Shown here: positions 41,229 to 55,642 of the stretch, piece after piece | How the letters are laid out: each line of letters begins with the position of its first letter | Position numbering within the stretch: position 1 is the stretch's first letter | From: Perkinsus olseni | Taxonomy: Eukaryota | DNA length: 64,000 bases | Reading direction: 5' to 3' | Assembly (NCBI GenBank): GCA_013115125.1 | Contig: JABANN010000004.1 | Coordinates: forward strand, 62,001 to 126,000 | The notes under the pieces: model-generated | Seen by the model: only the letters and a program-made list of their open reading frames with translations | The model's database searches: none | What the model was told of the DNA's origin: nothing | Position numbers and translations under genes: made by a program

Positions 41229-41778
41229 GATCTGCTGCGGACGTCGGTCTATCGTGGAGAATTGTCGACAGATTCGTTAACCAACGATTGCCAAGGACTG
41301 TTAGACGGTCGAGCAGTGGTATTATAGATCATGTTCAAATGACACGACTGAGCGAGATGTCTTTCGATGACGTAGCCGCCCCACCTCGGCATAGCGATAG
41401 TAAGGCTACGCTCTCCCCCTACCGACCATGGTTTTCAAAGCTCTCAACGTTCAGATGCCTCGGCTCAGATTGTTGGTCGTCGGACAACTCCAGAAGGTTC
41501 GGTCGGCTCGCGAGCCAGCACCCCGCCAGCACCAGAATAATCGCTTTGACTTGTTACTATTTTTCTGAACCATTGAGCACTGATAGGATTTCCTCGAATA
41601 CTTGAAGGCGCTGCGTTAATTGAGCACATGTTCTGTGAAGGGTGAAACGGTTCATGACGCGCCCTGGATCGCCGAATATGAAGGGCCGCAGAATATCAAC
41701 TATGATTGCCTACCGCTCGTCACCCAACCTCCCTGTAATAGCACAAGAGTACACCATGTTGGTTTTGCATGTAACACA

Positions 41779-44700
41779 TCATAGAAGGAGTGGGTCAATC
41801 ACGAGCATAGACAACAGGGGGTCAGGGAATGGGCTGTCCTTACAGTGCGGGATAGTGCATATGGGGTAGACGGTGGGGCGGCCGTGGGCGCACTGGAATG
41901 GCAGTTCGCAGTCCCCCAGGCTGGACACCAAAGCCGACACTTCTGTTGATGACATGAGATCTCCGAACTTCACCGCTTGCCGGCAAGCGGTTGTGGTCGA
42001 CATGTAGTGCAGTTGAGCTGGGAAGGGAAGCTGAGTTGCCCACGGTAACAGATGACAAGGACTCGCGGTCAGGCATCCGGCTCTCATCTTGGGGACGCCC
42101 GTCACGACCGCTCTGCCGCCAAGGATCGTGAAACGCCACCCATGTTGCTCAAGGGTGGCTCTCCTCTCCTGGAGTAAGGAGGCGTCCATCGGTTTCAGCA
42201 GAAGGGAAGTGCCATCTATTGCTTGCGTTTCGAGCATACTCCCCGAGTTCACCAGCCCCTCCAGACCAACCCTCTCACCAGCTGCGTGCTGGTCGATAGC
42301 CAGCAGCACTCCCGCAAATCGGCCGATAATAAACTTCCTATCGACTTGTCTCACGTTCGTCAAGCCCTTGAACATACTCCGGTTGAAGTTGAGTGTGGCA
42401 TGGGAGAAACTGGGGAGACTTTTTCTAGTAACTTTGGCCATGGATTTCCCAACAAAAGATAACCCACTCCTGTGGATTTCAACAGAATCTTTCAGACGCC
42501 CCTCGCATGACCTCATTATTTTTCGTGCTGTCCCTGACATGGCGGAGTTTCTGTTCCGCTTCATGGCCCTAGGCACCTCTTTAGCCGAGTTCCTATCGGC
42601 CAGAATGCCTCTTGACCTATCCAGTTCGGTCGAGATTGCCCTCCTTCCACGTATTGCGGTTGACTGAACATTCCTAGGCTCAACCTCGAGATCGGTGGTG
42701 GAGGCTACTGTAGAGGCATTCGCTTCATCAGCCGGGCCACTGCTGCTCCCCGCCTCCCATCGCTTGCTATTGGTCACAGCCTTCGTGACAGCCATGACCT
42801 CATCTACGATAGACTTCGCTCTCTTCACCCCGACCGCAACCGCTTTCCGGTCAGTGCCTTTACGCTTCTCCGCACTTCTGCCTACCGCCTTCGTCGTTCC
42901 TCTGTGGGACTGCGCACTTGCAACAGCAGTAGCCTGGGACCGCCGATTTCGAATGCGTATCGGAGTCGGAATCTTCCGGTAGTCTCCGCTGTCGTTAGCA
43001 GCCTGCTCTCCTCGCTCTGAGGCCGTTTGATTGTAACGACCTGCATTGACCGACCGAGCGTCGGACGTAGCCACGTTAATAACACGCGGCTGCGACGGGC
43101 CAACGGGTCCCTTCGCCGATTGTGATGATGATAGCAGCTTCTGCCGACTTACAGCCGCATGAGCTGGCCGGATCTCATCGACAAGTTCGGATATCTGCCG
43201 CCGTAGTTACGGGCACAACAGGGGAGACATTAGCCTACCCAGCGGTCTACAACACCTCTGCGGAATACCAAGCGATCGAGCAAGTTCAGGGTGATGTCGT
43301 CAGGTACGGCGCATACGAAAGTGCTCCCGATACGACCTGAAGAGGACAAGGCCAGATGAACAAGCTATGGACAGCACCTTGTCTCACGGAGTGTGTCTGC
43401 AAGGTTAGAATGCGGGCGAGTATGGGACTGTTCTGTCGGTCGACGCTGGCCGTCCCGGCTCCTCAGAATCTACGTTATTGAACATCTATGCAATCGTGTT
43501 GAGCGTAGTCCCAGTCTCACTAAGACGTAGACCGGGTATCGGTTGGGCCTCTGACGGCGGCGGCCGCCACCCCGGGGTTGGTACTCTGTGCACTGTGGGC
43601 ATTGTAGAGCCTTGCCACACTCAAGGTAGAGGGAGGATACGAACCTGCGTGACGTGGCCATGAGGGACGATGGTTAGTCACGGTATGTTGATACTCATGA
43701 ATGACGCCGCGCTCAACAGGCTTGCCGTCGATGAACACCATCTGCAGAGCCTGGTCGTGATGGAGGGGCTTGGAAACTCCACCTGCATTCCCAGTGCTGT
43801 GGCGGTGTGCAAAACATGCCCTCACACCCACCGAAAACTCCTTCCACCAGTATCAGCTCGGCTGGGCGCCTCTCGCAGTGCGGCAACTTGCTGTCGCCCT
43901 ACGATACAGCTCGCTGGGCTTAGTTGCTGAGCCCTGCTGAGGCATTCCGACCTTCCAATGAGTTAGGGCATCCAGTTCTTGCAGCATGTGAGCCCGTAGG
44001 CCTGCTCCAGAAGCTGAGTCCTTCCAGACGTTCTTAAGGCGGTTCAGAAGTCGATAACCGCCTATATCAGCGCAGCTATCTCGTAGAGCTGGTATGGATA
44101 GCCTCTCGGCTCGCTCATCGGGGAGATGGGGGTCACACTGACAAGCGGATGTACTGTATAGACAGCCGTCATGAGTATTGGCCACTGAGCCGCCGCTGCT
44201 CACTGCGAAGTAGACGCTCGGCCAGGCGAGGGCGAGACGACGTATAGCCCATTGAATGCGGTCTGTGCATCTGCCAAGGGCCTCGAGATAGACCTGCATA
44301 CGACAGTGTCACCGTCGCCATACGGGTTAGAGCAAGACTACTCCACTAAGGGTGCATGCTAGCCGAGCCTCACTAGGCACCATGGCCGTTCCCAGCTCCT
44401 CGACAGTGTACAAGTCAGAGCCACTATGATTTGTCGGGTCTGCATGGAAGTCCGGAACTGCGATGCCGCTCGTGAGGTTGATGGCTGACCGTTGAGGATG
44501 AGTTTGTATCCAGTAAGGTCGTTGTTCCACAGGGCCAGTGTCAGGGTGAACCGGCTGCATAAGCGGGGTAGATAAGCCAGAACTGGCAGACGCATCACTC
44601 GATCTGCTGCCATTGGCTGGGACGGGGCGCCAGTGATCGTCAGCGTCCCGCCGTTGGTGAGCCTGTTGGGACCATGAAAGGGCATGTGTAGGGGGGAGGA

Positions 44701-44854
44701 CCCACCACACAGTGATTCTGGTGCAGCCGAGGCTGGCTAAGAGCAGCTCATATGCTAAGTCAGACACGAGGGTCTCGACAGCGGTCTCCGGAGATCTGGC
44801 GAGGGGCCGGCGTGCTGGGGTACCATGCTGCCGGCTGGGGTATTGTTGTAACAT
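41779..44854 (-). CDS. MLH3: MutL homolog MLH3-like (mismatch repair/meiotic crossover), multi-exon, start approximate
   Basis: C-terminal 'QVDRKFI..LLAIDQHAAGERVGLE' (DQHAx2Ex4E), 'ACRQAVKFGD' and 'LPFQCAHGRPT', which is MLH3-type. Transducer-like 'IRRLALAWPSVYF' and 'LQMVFIDGKPV' are present, and the N-terminus is divergent. Confidence 0.8.
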
Positions 44855-47492
44855 GAGGCAACTGTTGAGAAAGGGGATGCGACGATCTACGCTGAGGGAG
44901 AAACAAATGATGCGGCAGCAGCAAAAGTCCAAGCAGCACGGCATAATGCTTTTAGAAGCAAGTACTGTACAGCCTGATCGGCATGCATATCTTCTCCTGG
45001 TGCCCTTGTTAGCCCGCGCCTGTCCATGGAGAGCATAGACCGTGCGCAATTATCATGGACATGAAAGCGGGGCGAGGGAACCTTGAAGTGACACCCATCA
45101 GCTCAACTCTGGATAAAGGGCGATACGAATGGGCACCATTCGCTCCTGTCACTAGCTGGTTATAAACCACTGGATGTGGTGCAAAGCTCAATAAAGGGGC
45201 CCTTCCGATGACGTGTGGTGTGCAGTATCAACCGTACTACGGTTACCGTAGGATATGAGAGATGCAATGACCGAGATTAAGGAGTCTACCGAATGCTGAC
45301 GCCGTCGGGGGCACCGTCGCCATCGTTTCCGGGGTGTATCCCATCTCATGCAGCGCAAAGTCGGGCGGCGAGTAAGTCCGGCAATATGTAAATGCGTTTC
45401 ATGCACTTGGGATAGTCAAATTCTAGGCAGTTGAATTCCGGGCAAAAATAGTCTACAAGCTTGAACCAGTTCAGACAGAGGAAAGCGGTCCACCCGAAGC
45501 TCCGGCCGCCAGAAGACTCATCCAGTGTCATCTCAGGAACTCAGGTCTGGGGATTGCTAAGCGACCTCCTCTGGAAACTCGAAAATTGAGATAAGTAACT
45601 TATCAAAAGTTCACTGAACCTTCAGCTTCCATACTCCAACGGTTGGACAAGCAATATACAAGCAAATGTGTGAAATATTTCAGAGTCCAACCTAGTTAAC
45701 ACCCTAGTCAGTTCATCATACTGTTACACTAGTACGTGTAATGTATATTGAGAAAGGCGTTTCTTGAAGTACACAAGAAGCCTCGTGAGTCTGATGAAAT
45801 GCCACACAAATGGTTTTAGTACGCTCACATGAGTCGACATGACACCGAAGTATAGGATTGCAATTCAAACATCGAATAGCGATAGTTTTCAGAGATCTCC
45901 AACAATATGTTGGCTTCGACAAGACTTGTGCTGGCAGCATAAGTCATGTGGAAGTATGAGAAGAAAGAAACGAAATACTACGGCGGCTGAAGTACTTCAG
46001 TTTTCGCCTGATTGACAGGGCCTTTCGATGCAAAGAATACCGAGCTATGATGATTTTGGACTTGCCTACGATGTAGCAAGGGTACGGGCCGTACCGTACG
46101 GCTAATCGACTGAGCCCGACCACGATAGTTGAGTGCCGAGAGCATGGGTCTTAATTTTTTATTATTGATATCCGCTTGAGTACGCCGATGGCTGCGTATT
46201 GTTCTCATCTAAACAATAGTGTGTGAACGGACTGGTGTGTCCGGTCTAGGTTTCAGCTGGATTCTCCGTCCAGCAGCGTAAGGGCCAACGGATCAAGTCG
46301 GAGGTATTGGTAACACCGGTTTTGATCATGCTGTGTTTGCCGTCGTGACCACAAACCCAAATGGTCTCACCCGACATGGTAGCTTCCTTCCGCGATCCCG
46401 TATTCGGTAACGTAATTGACGGCAACGATTCCGTTGAAGTACCCACGAAGTGCCGACACCATTGGCTTCTCATCGCCACAGCTTCTCCGTGCTGTGACAG
46501 CGCCGCTATCCTCGGCAATGCCGAGTCAGCACCTGCGGAGTACGCTACGATGCTGTTTCCCGTTCTCTGAACGCTTCCTTTGATCCCATTGAACTACAGT
46601 AGTCGAGTAACTCTTTCCATAACCAGGAGTGTGGAAGGGCTTTGTTGCTCCGATGGCCCCGATTCCTGAGACCTAACCTGGCTCGACGGCTTGAGCGGCA
46701 GAATTCCTTTCCAGCCTAGTCCAGGCCTTACCCGGATTGCCACTCGACCTGCAGTGGGTCTGCCTTCACTGCTGTACCTCAGCTCGTACCCAACCCGTCA
46801 GTTGTACCTACAGTAGGTGACAAGTATGTGACATACTTGGTCTCCGGGAATCGCACAGCCGGCAAGTACTCCCAAACAACCTTCGGCGGGCTTCAACCCA
46901 GTGGATTGGGATCCTCGAACTTTTCCAATCTCCCACACTCTCGCGGTTTTGCTCATAGTACCAGTTTCAGGTACGACAAATGCAAACTAACTTCCCTTGT
47001 CCCTGCTCAAGGAGTCGCAGTGACGCCGTCACTTGAGAGTCGACTGGTTGGGTTGGCAGTCCGATCCAGTGACCAAAAGCCCAGTCATTCCGGGTTGTCA
47101 TTTCTCCTTGTATGCAAAAGTCTCCTTTCACACCACTGAAAACCACACTAAAGCTCGAAACGTCAGTCCCTCTTGTCGTTCCTGAGAAACATGGCGCTTT
47201 TTTTGTCCCTTTGTGACGCGCACGAACGTATAGGCAGACGCACCCCTGGTGGGCGGATATCTTCAGAGTCGTGGTCGAGTCGTCGATTGATACTATGGAG
47301 ATTTGACCAACCGTTTCCTCACCATATGCTGGGAGGCACCAACAGGTCGTATTAGACTTGGTGACCAATTCTTGGTCCCGGCACAACTCTGATAGGTTCT
47401 TTCTCTCGCTAGCGTCACTGTCTTGCAAACTTTCAGTGGGCACGTGCAAACCTAGTTTATTCACAACCATTTCCTCAGCATACGCCATTAAT

Positions 47493-47675
47493 ATGGTTAA
47501 GACCCGCCTCTTCCTGATCGCCATCATCTTCTTCGTCCTGCTATCAGGCCTCCCAAAGTGTAGTGCCCAACCTGCACCACGTCACTGTGATATCCGTCTC
47601 TGCCCGCCATGCCCCAGTGGTCAAGAATGCGTTCAGGGCCCGAGCGGGCCGCCGTGTTATTGCGGTGTACCATAA
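47493..47675 (+). CDS. Small secreted cysteine-rich peptide (60 aa precursor)
   Basis: A classic signal peptide MVKTRLFLIAIIFFVLLSGLPKCSA followed by QPAPRHCDIRLCPPCPSGQECVQGPSGPPCYCGVP* (6 Cys). A pyrimidine-AG acceptor (ttcctcag) lies about 14 nt upstream of the ATG. Confidence 0.6.
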   Translation: MVKTRLFLIAIIFFVLLSGLPKCSAQPAPRHCDIRLCPPCPSGQECVQGPSGPPCYCGVP

Positions 47676-49362
47676 CCGTGTCATCTCTCCTTGATGACTC
47701 GCACACTCTCGCATGAGTGTGATGAGCAACACCTGATCTACTCGTAGATTTAGTGACGAGTCTAAAAGCGGCTCGCGTATGACTTTTTCAATTTTTGGCA
47801 TCAGCAGTACCGCTGCCTTGCGTTATTTGATTCTGAACACGAACTTATTGAGGGCTCTTCAGAGGCCTTCGTGGGTACACAAGATAACAGCTAGGGGGGT
47901 GGAGGTCTTTTATCCGATCGTGTAGAAGCGACGAAAAAGACGACATCCTTGTGGCAGTCCTGTTGAGCACGACATCTAAGTAGTGCTGAGTTGTTGTAGT
48001 AGAATGATGAAGGGGCCAGTTAACTAGTTGATGCACCTAACCACGAGAAGGACTACAGGTGCGTCTGGGTGGTTTAGTGTACGCAGACGTAAGCAGACGT
48101 AACGTGCTCCCACCATCGTTTTCTTATCATACGTTGAATTCAGATTGCGCGTATATTCCAGGCCTTCTATCTTCATGCATTGATTGAATGCATCTCCGAG
48201 ACTGCAAAAGATTGAACGTGTGAAAGACGACCCTGGTGTTCTGATCTTCGTGGTGAACGCAAATCCCAGTGGTTGGGATAGCAGTGGTTGGGAATTAATA
48301 TGATAGTATTAGTAACAGCGACGACTTATTCATCATCATGGGCGTGCGAGGCAGCAATACTTGAATACTTGCATTTTCATGCGTTCTCAACACGCTGAGA
48401 GCGGAGTTGAAACTCAAGGGAAAAGGTGGCCGGGCCGGCTACCTCGTCATTTGTATTGCGCGCTAATTCAACGCGCCATTTGTAACGCGCTCATGTGATA
48501 TGCCATTTTACGCGGCATTGACGCTCGTGTGTGTGTTGGCGACCCAAAAAACAGAACACCCCTCAGAGTCTCCCACATCGAACTAACGAGGCGGTCGCCG
48601 CCACGAACATCTCCTTATACTACGGTGCCTGCATAAAACATGACTCTGCCGACGAATTTTCACAAATTTTCGGTATTTGGTTCCATATAACGAGGGCGAA
48701 ACTCGCAATCGCAGTGTGGCTGAAGACGGAGTTATGTAGAGCTCGACGAAGGCTGTCGAGTCAGTGTGCATTACGAAGCTCAAGTCGTCCGCTACAGAAA
48801 TTCATAGGGTGGGGGCAATTTCTTATTTGTCACTCCAATGTAGTGCAAGTGTCTAAGCCAATCTCGTGGGGTACCTCATCGTATATTTTTATTCATCTTT
48901 GTGAATATATACCGAGTATCATATTATGTTACTTATGTAGCATTTTTTATATTGGTATTGAATCATTATATGGCACTCCAATGTAGTTCTAGTGTTCTTT
49001 TGGCAGGGGAAGAAGCCTGACCCTGATAGTGAGAAAAGAGAAAGTAGAGAATGAGAAGGGTGTTCGAAGCGGGAAGGCAGGGAGAAGTAACCTCAACATC
49101 TATTCCCTGCATGTCACCATTTAACCATCGGGTGCCCCTTTGGCACTCCGATGTAGTTCTGTTGTCGCAATTGTTGCAGTTTGTTGTTGAGATTGACCTC
49201 ACCGATATATATTCTGACTGTCCCGAAAACATTATATTCTTAGTCCCGGCCCCCGCGAAAACACTGTTTGCAAAACACCAAACGCTTAGCCCGTGTAAAA
49301 AATGTGACGAGAAAGCGGCGGTTTGGCTCAAGATTCATCCAACCTCACAACACGACATTCCA

Positions 49363-50659
49363 CTATGGCTGCGGGACATTTCTCAATGGCAATCCACGCT
49401 GGTCGTACGGTAATGTGGGAGATGACATCCTCGCATTCCGGATCCCTCGCCCTCCATCGTCTCTTTCCCTGATGCATCCTCTCGCCTCATCACAGGATGT
49501 AGAAGCTAGATGTCGGGTAGCTGTACAGCATGACCGTCCGAGATGATCTCTATGAGCCAGGCATCTGAGAAGGGGCTGTAGCACTGCGCAACACTACCTC
49601 CCCCCGAGTATGATATACCGTCGGTGCCATCAACATCCACAGACTTGATACCGCCCTCGACGTTATTCAACATGATACGTTGGTCGATAATGGCGGTCCA
49701 GACATCTCCCAAGGCCGGCTTGAGGGCACCGGTAGATATATCCGTCGTGAGCTGGTTGGTAACCTCGAGATGGATTGATGATCGGAACACGCCATGGGGA
49801 GAGCCTCGGCCCCCGCTATTACTACCACGGTGATGCACTGTGTGAAGTGACTAAGGGTCGCAGCGATATTGGCGAGGACAGCGTACTTAACGCCCCTCTC
49901 GTCCTCTTCAGTACTCATGCTGGGCATGGAAGGTAGATGCCTCAGTAGATGGGTGATAGAGTCTATGATGATGACTGCCTCACCATCCACCTGAGGGCCA
50001 TCGCCGTCATGATGGGAGTATGGCTCGAGCGATGACACCCACAGAGAGCGAATCGACGGCCGCTGCGAGTTGGGCCCAGTCCAGTGGGCGAATGACCGTG
50101 ATCTGGGCGAGATCAGCCCCAAGCTGTTGTAGTCTAGTTATACTGAGGTTACCATCAGCATCGATGTAGTGGACTGCTACCTGATATCATCGATAACACT
50201 GCCCACTACGTACACATGTGTGTACACTGCAAGCAGAGGCCGTGGCAGCTAGCTGCATGCAGAGCTGTGTCTTAGATGATGCAGGCCCACCACAGAGCTC
50301 GATGATACCGCATGACGCACTGAACCGGATCCCGGCCACGAGGAAGGACAAACCTGTGTCGGGGGCTAGAGAAGGGTGAGAGCAGCCCAGAACCGTACTC
50401 TTCCCAGCTTCCTTCAAGGCAGACTTCACCGATGATGGTTCCACTCGACAACGGTCGATGAAGGACTCACAATCCTTGATGATGTTGCACACTTCCCCTT
50501 CCAACACACCACACGCTGCACAGGCCTTACGTACAGCCTCTGGGGTGGCTCTCTGACAATGGTAACAACCGTTGCCATCTGAGACAGTGGGGCCGACACT
50601 ACCCCGGCTAGGAGACTCTGTTGGACCCGGCCTGGTATGGGTAAGAGACCGGTGCTCAT
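49363..50659 (-). CDS. RAD51 paralog (RAD51B/C/D/XRCC3-like RecA-fold protein), multi-exon, ends approximate
   Basis: 'IIELCGGPASSKTQLCMQLA', 'VHYIDADG', Walker B 'IIIDSI', 'VTNQLTT' and 'LKPALGDVW', the PALG..W motif of RAD51 paralogs. Confidence 0.8.
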
Positions 50660-50958
50660 TCACAAGGTGCAACGATACGCGATCCAGGGCGACCCAGGGT
50701 GATGACTCAACGCAAGCGGATAACGTAGATGCTCACAAGGGACACCTAGTGGGCTAGAAGTCCGATGACACAATCAACAGGCCAAGATATGAATCTATAG
50801 CCCGTGGCGCTCCCATGTCTCTAACTGGGCTCTCCAAGGGTTTCTTCTCAGCCCGGCGCATCCCCTTAAAAAAGCCACCAGATGCCATATACCCATTCCC
50901 AATGCTGCAGGTATTCATGGTCCTCCCCAATCATCATCATCATCGCCATTAACCTCGG

Positions 50959-52546
50959 TTACCCTCGCCGTAAAGGAACTGCCGGAGCTGGGCTGGGTCC
51001 AGTCCACCTGAGGAATGCCTGTCCCCTCGACGTGAGTATGTGTACCCTACGTCTCATGTGCCTGTCATACTCCCTAGCAGTGGTCTGCGGCATAGGTATC
51101 TGTACAAGCCCGGTAGTCATACTAGTAGGTGATGATGGTGACTCCACCTGCTGCGCAGCCTCTTCGGTGAGGCACATGTTGAAAGGCACCACTCTAGTCT
51201 TCCTCATTACTCCTGCAACGGGCCTGAGCCAAGATGTGGAACAACAAGCATGCGTTGATCGGGAGCCTACAAGGCCTGCTGGTGTGGGACAAAGGAGGAG
51301 CGTCGCCGTCGTCGAGATGCCGGTTGAGGGGCCACTGGTCGGCGGATCAAGTCCCCCCGTTTGTTCTCCTTCACTGCTGGCGGGTCTAGTAACTACCAAT
51401 CATCACTATGGAAGTATGTTATCGTTTGCTATCCTCTACTACCCCATTAACACGGCGACCATCGGGAACAGGATCCACCTTCGGAGGGGACCGCTTCACC
51501 TTCCGTGGTGGCCTGGCTGTTCGGAGCCTTACTGGCTCAGGTGGGGTAGTCCTGCCTTGTGTAACCGTCGCTGTTGTTCGGGGTTGCTGCTGCTGCTGCT
51601 GAGTCCTCAGCTGTCGATCTAGCAGCACGATACTAGCCACTGGAGGTGCATCTGTGACGACCCTTGGTGAGAGATACCCTTCCAGAGTGTTCACTGTGTC
51701 CATAAGCATCATAGACACCTAGTGGAGCTAATGCTAACGTTTAAATAGCCGATGGCGCCCTACTTCCAAGGAATCATCCGGAGCGTGCTCACTCGAGCGG
51801 AGTCCGTCCAGCCAGAGCCGGCGCAGGTTACGGGACAAAGAGAGCCCCTCAGGCTCGCCTTGATAGCCTCGTCTGAGGGCATCAGGCATCATCGACCAGG
51901 TCGCGAGCACTACATAGCGTGTACATTGATATCGGGGCGTAGGTTTGTGGCAGACTTGGGAACATGATGGCTAACAGCAGGACATGTGCACAAGATACCT
52001 GCAGTCGGCTCATGGTGGTACCGTTGGTACCGCAACTTCACTTGCTCACACGAGGAGCAGCCTCAACCCGTTGTAACAAACACAATACCCTTATCTGTGG
52101 CATAGAAAGTGATGACAGTCTATGGCCTCTATACACCGCCGCCGCCGCCGTCGTGCTTACTAAGCTCATCACACATAGAGGTCCGCCGCGAGCATAGCGA
52201 AGAATGCCCCAGTACCGAGGGTTCCGGACGCTAACGCCTGAAGGACACAAAAACTGTGCGACAATGACTGTCGACACCGAAGTTGAAGTTGAACGGTTGT
52301 TCCCAGTACCAGGCACCCCAGGTATCAGGTATGGTATTAGGCACCCCAGGATCCTACCGCAACGATGAGTTCCTTTGTGAGAGATCTCTCGAACTTGGTC
52401 CTCGTCACATTGTACCTGAAAGATATAACATTCCCAGTCTTGACATTCCATAGGATCGTATCATCATATTGCTGCTGCGTGTTGATACAGAGCTCGTAAA
52501 AGATGGGGCTGAGAACTCCACCGGCCCTTACCCAGTCACCATTCAC
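50959..52546 (-). CDS. Hypothetical protein, probably multi-exon
   Basis: Successive minus-strand ORFs (52337-52546, 52038-52451, 51419-51718, 50959-51399) with splice-like boundaries and a low-complexity Q/P/S/T C-terminal part. No family recognised. Confidence 0.3.
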
Positions 52547-53184
52547 ACTTACACACTAGGATGATTATAGTGTACGAGGAGACTGTACTGATACAAATCA
52601 TAGTAAAATCTATTCTCTACTGCCTTGGCCTTTCTCGGCAGTTTCAGAATGCGAAGCTCTCGTCAACGTCCGACTGTATGGTTGCGATTTCAATCGCAAA
52701 TGAAAGCCTCTATCGGTAGCTCTCTAAAAGTTCAAACAACGTTCAGACGCTCAGCACCACCGAGAACTCATTTCGAAGAGGACGCCTTGATCGCTGCTTT
52801 TCGGGCGTTTATTACATCATGAGCCAGCAGGTAAAAGCCAGCCCCACCGTAAGAAGGCCGACAGCCAGCCTTACGAACTCCTCTGGGTTGACTGGTGGGC
52901 TGTAAGGGACAGTGTCCGTCGGCATGGCCTCCTCAACGAGGTGTTGAACCGGAATGATCTCCATCAGTAGATCACCTCAGGGAAGTGAGAAAAAACCTCA
53001 AACAGACACTTGAAGGGGGAATGGGACAACTCAAGGCTACTCAGTACTTTGAAGCGAGATTCAATCGCCTTGATACCGGCGTACGTGCTAAAGGGTCTGT
53101 GGCAATGCACCGCAATGAGAATTTTTTTCATTATTCTGGGTTGACTATAATACATAACACCAATGAGCAACGGTTGTTGAGGTA

Positions 53185-53244
53185 GAGGAACATATCAATA
53201 CCATCCATCATGTGATGTTTGTGGATGGTAGTTCATTCGTCCTC
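53185..53244 (-). promoter_or_regulatory. SECIS element (type II-like) in the thioredoxin reductase 3' UTR
   Basis: The minus strand reads gaggacga-AUGA-ac-UACCAUCCA-cAAA-cau cac aug a-UGGAUGGUA-u-UGAU-auguuccuc. This gives an AUGA/UGA quartet, a perfect 9-bp helix II, apical AAA with a mini-stem and a helix I, about 50 nt after the stop. Confidence 0.88.
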
Positions 53245-53279
53245 CTTGTTAAATCCGAGTAGCAAAAATCGACTGTATA

Positions 53280-53294
53280 GCGGCTATGAGCCGC
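53280..53294 (-). promoter_or_regulatory. Hairpin 6 nt downstream of the Sec UGA (SRE-like)
   Basis: UGA GGU UAG is followed directly by GCGGCU-CAU-AGCCGC, a perfect 6-bp stem. Confidence 0.45.
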
Positions 53295-55107
<1,813 letters not shown>

Positions 55108-55642
55108 CTAAAAGGTTCAATGAGCCTGGCTCATAGACTATGAGTCATAGTCCTCAGGCTTCTTGTGCGTTCATTTTCAATACGCTGCCAGGTAGTGCCT
55201 GAACTAAGGGCACGGATCCGCGTCGAAAATGCAGGCTGAGCAGATTCCGCACATCGAGGGCTTCATAGGTTAGTCAAAAATACAGCGGCGCTCCAAGTAC
55301 GACGCCGTGGAGTAGTAATCGAGTTTTAAGATTAGCGCCCGCCATGGCGATCGATAAGCTTCTAGAGTTGTTCACTGCTCCCAAAACTCCGGCTCAATCT
55401 CAGGATGATCAGTGAGCTTACAGAGTCACATATTAATACTCATCGTTCTCGCGTGACACTGACATTTGCTCACTGTCGAGTATGGGGTACGGCGGCGGCG
55501 CGGCAGTTTTGATCTTGCTGGGCGAACGAGATTGCGAGTTTGCGTGCAACAAGGTCGTAGGAACCGCTGAAGTTCTTGTCTTGCGCAGGGATCCTGATTG
55601 AGGTGTATCTCAGTGTATTGAAGTACCATCTTTTCCCCAGCT

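Noticed and set aside
46967-47527. 186-aa minus-strand ORF
   Set aside because: No recognisable motif, and it overlaps the better-supported secreted peptide on the opposite strand; left unresolved.
48267-48293. Direct repeat cagtggttggga x2 as a possible CRISPR or TSD
   Set aside because: Two adjacent copies only, with no spacers or element between them; eukaryotic context.
49322-49332. TTTGGCTCAAG, matching the 3' end of the dinoflagellate-type spliced leader
   Set aside because: Only 11 nt, the 5' half is absent, and there is no GT donor or convincing downstream gene.
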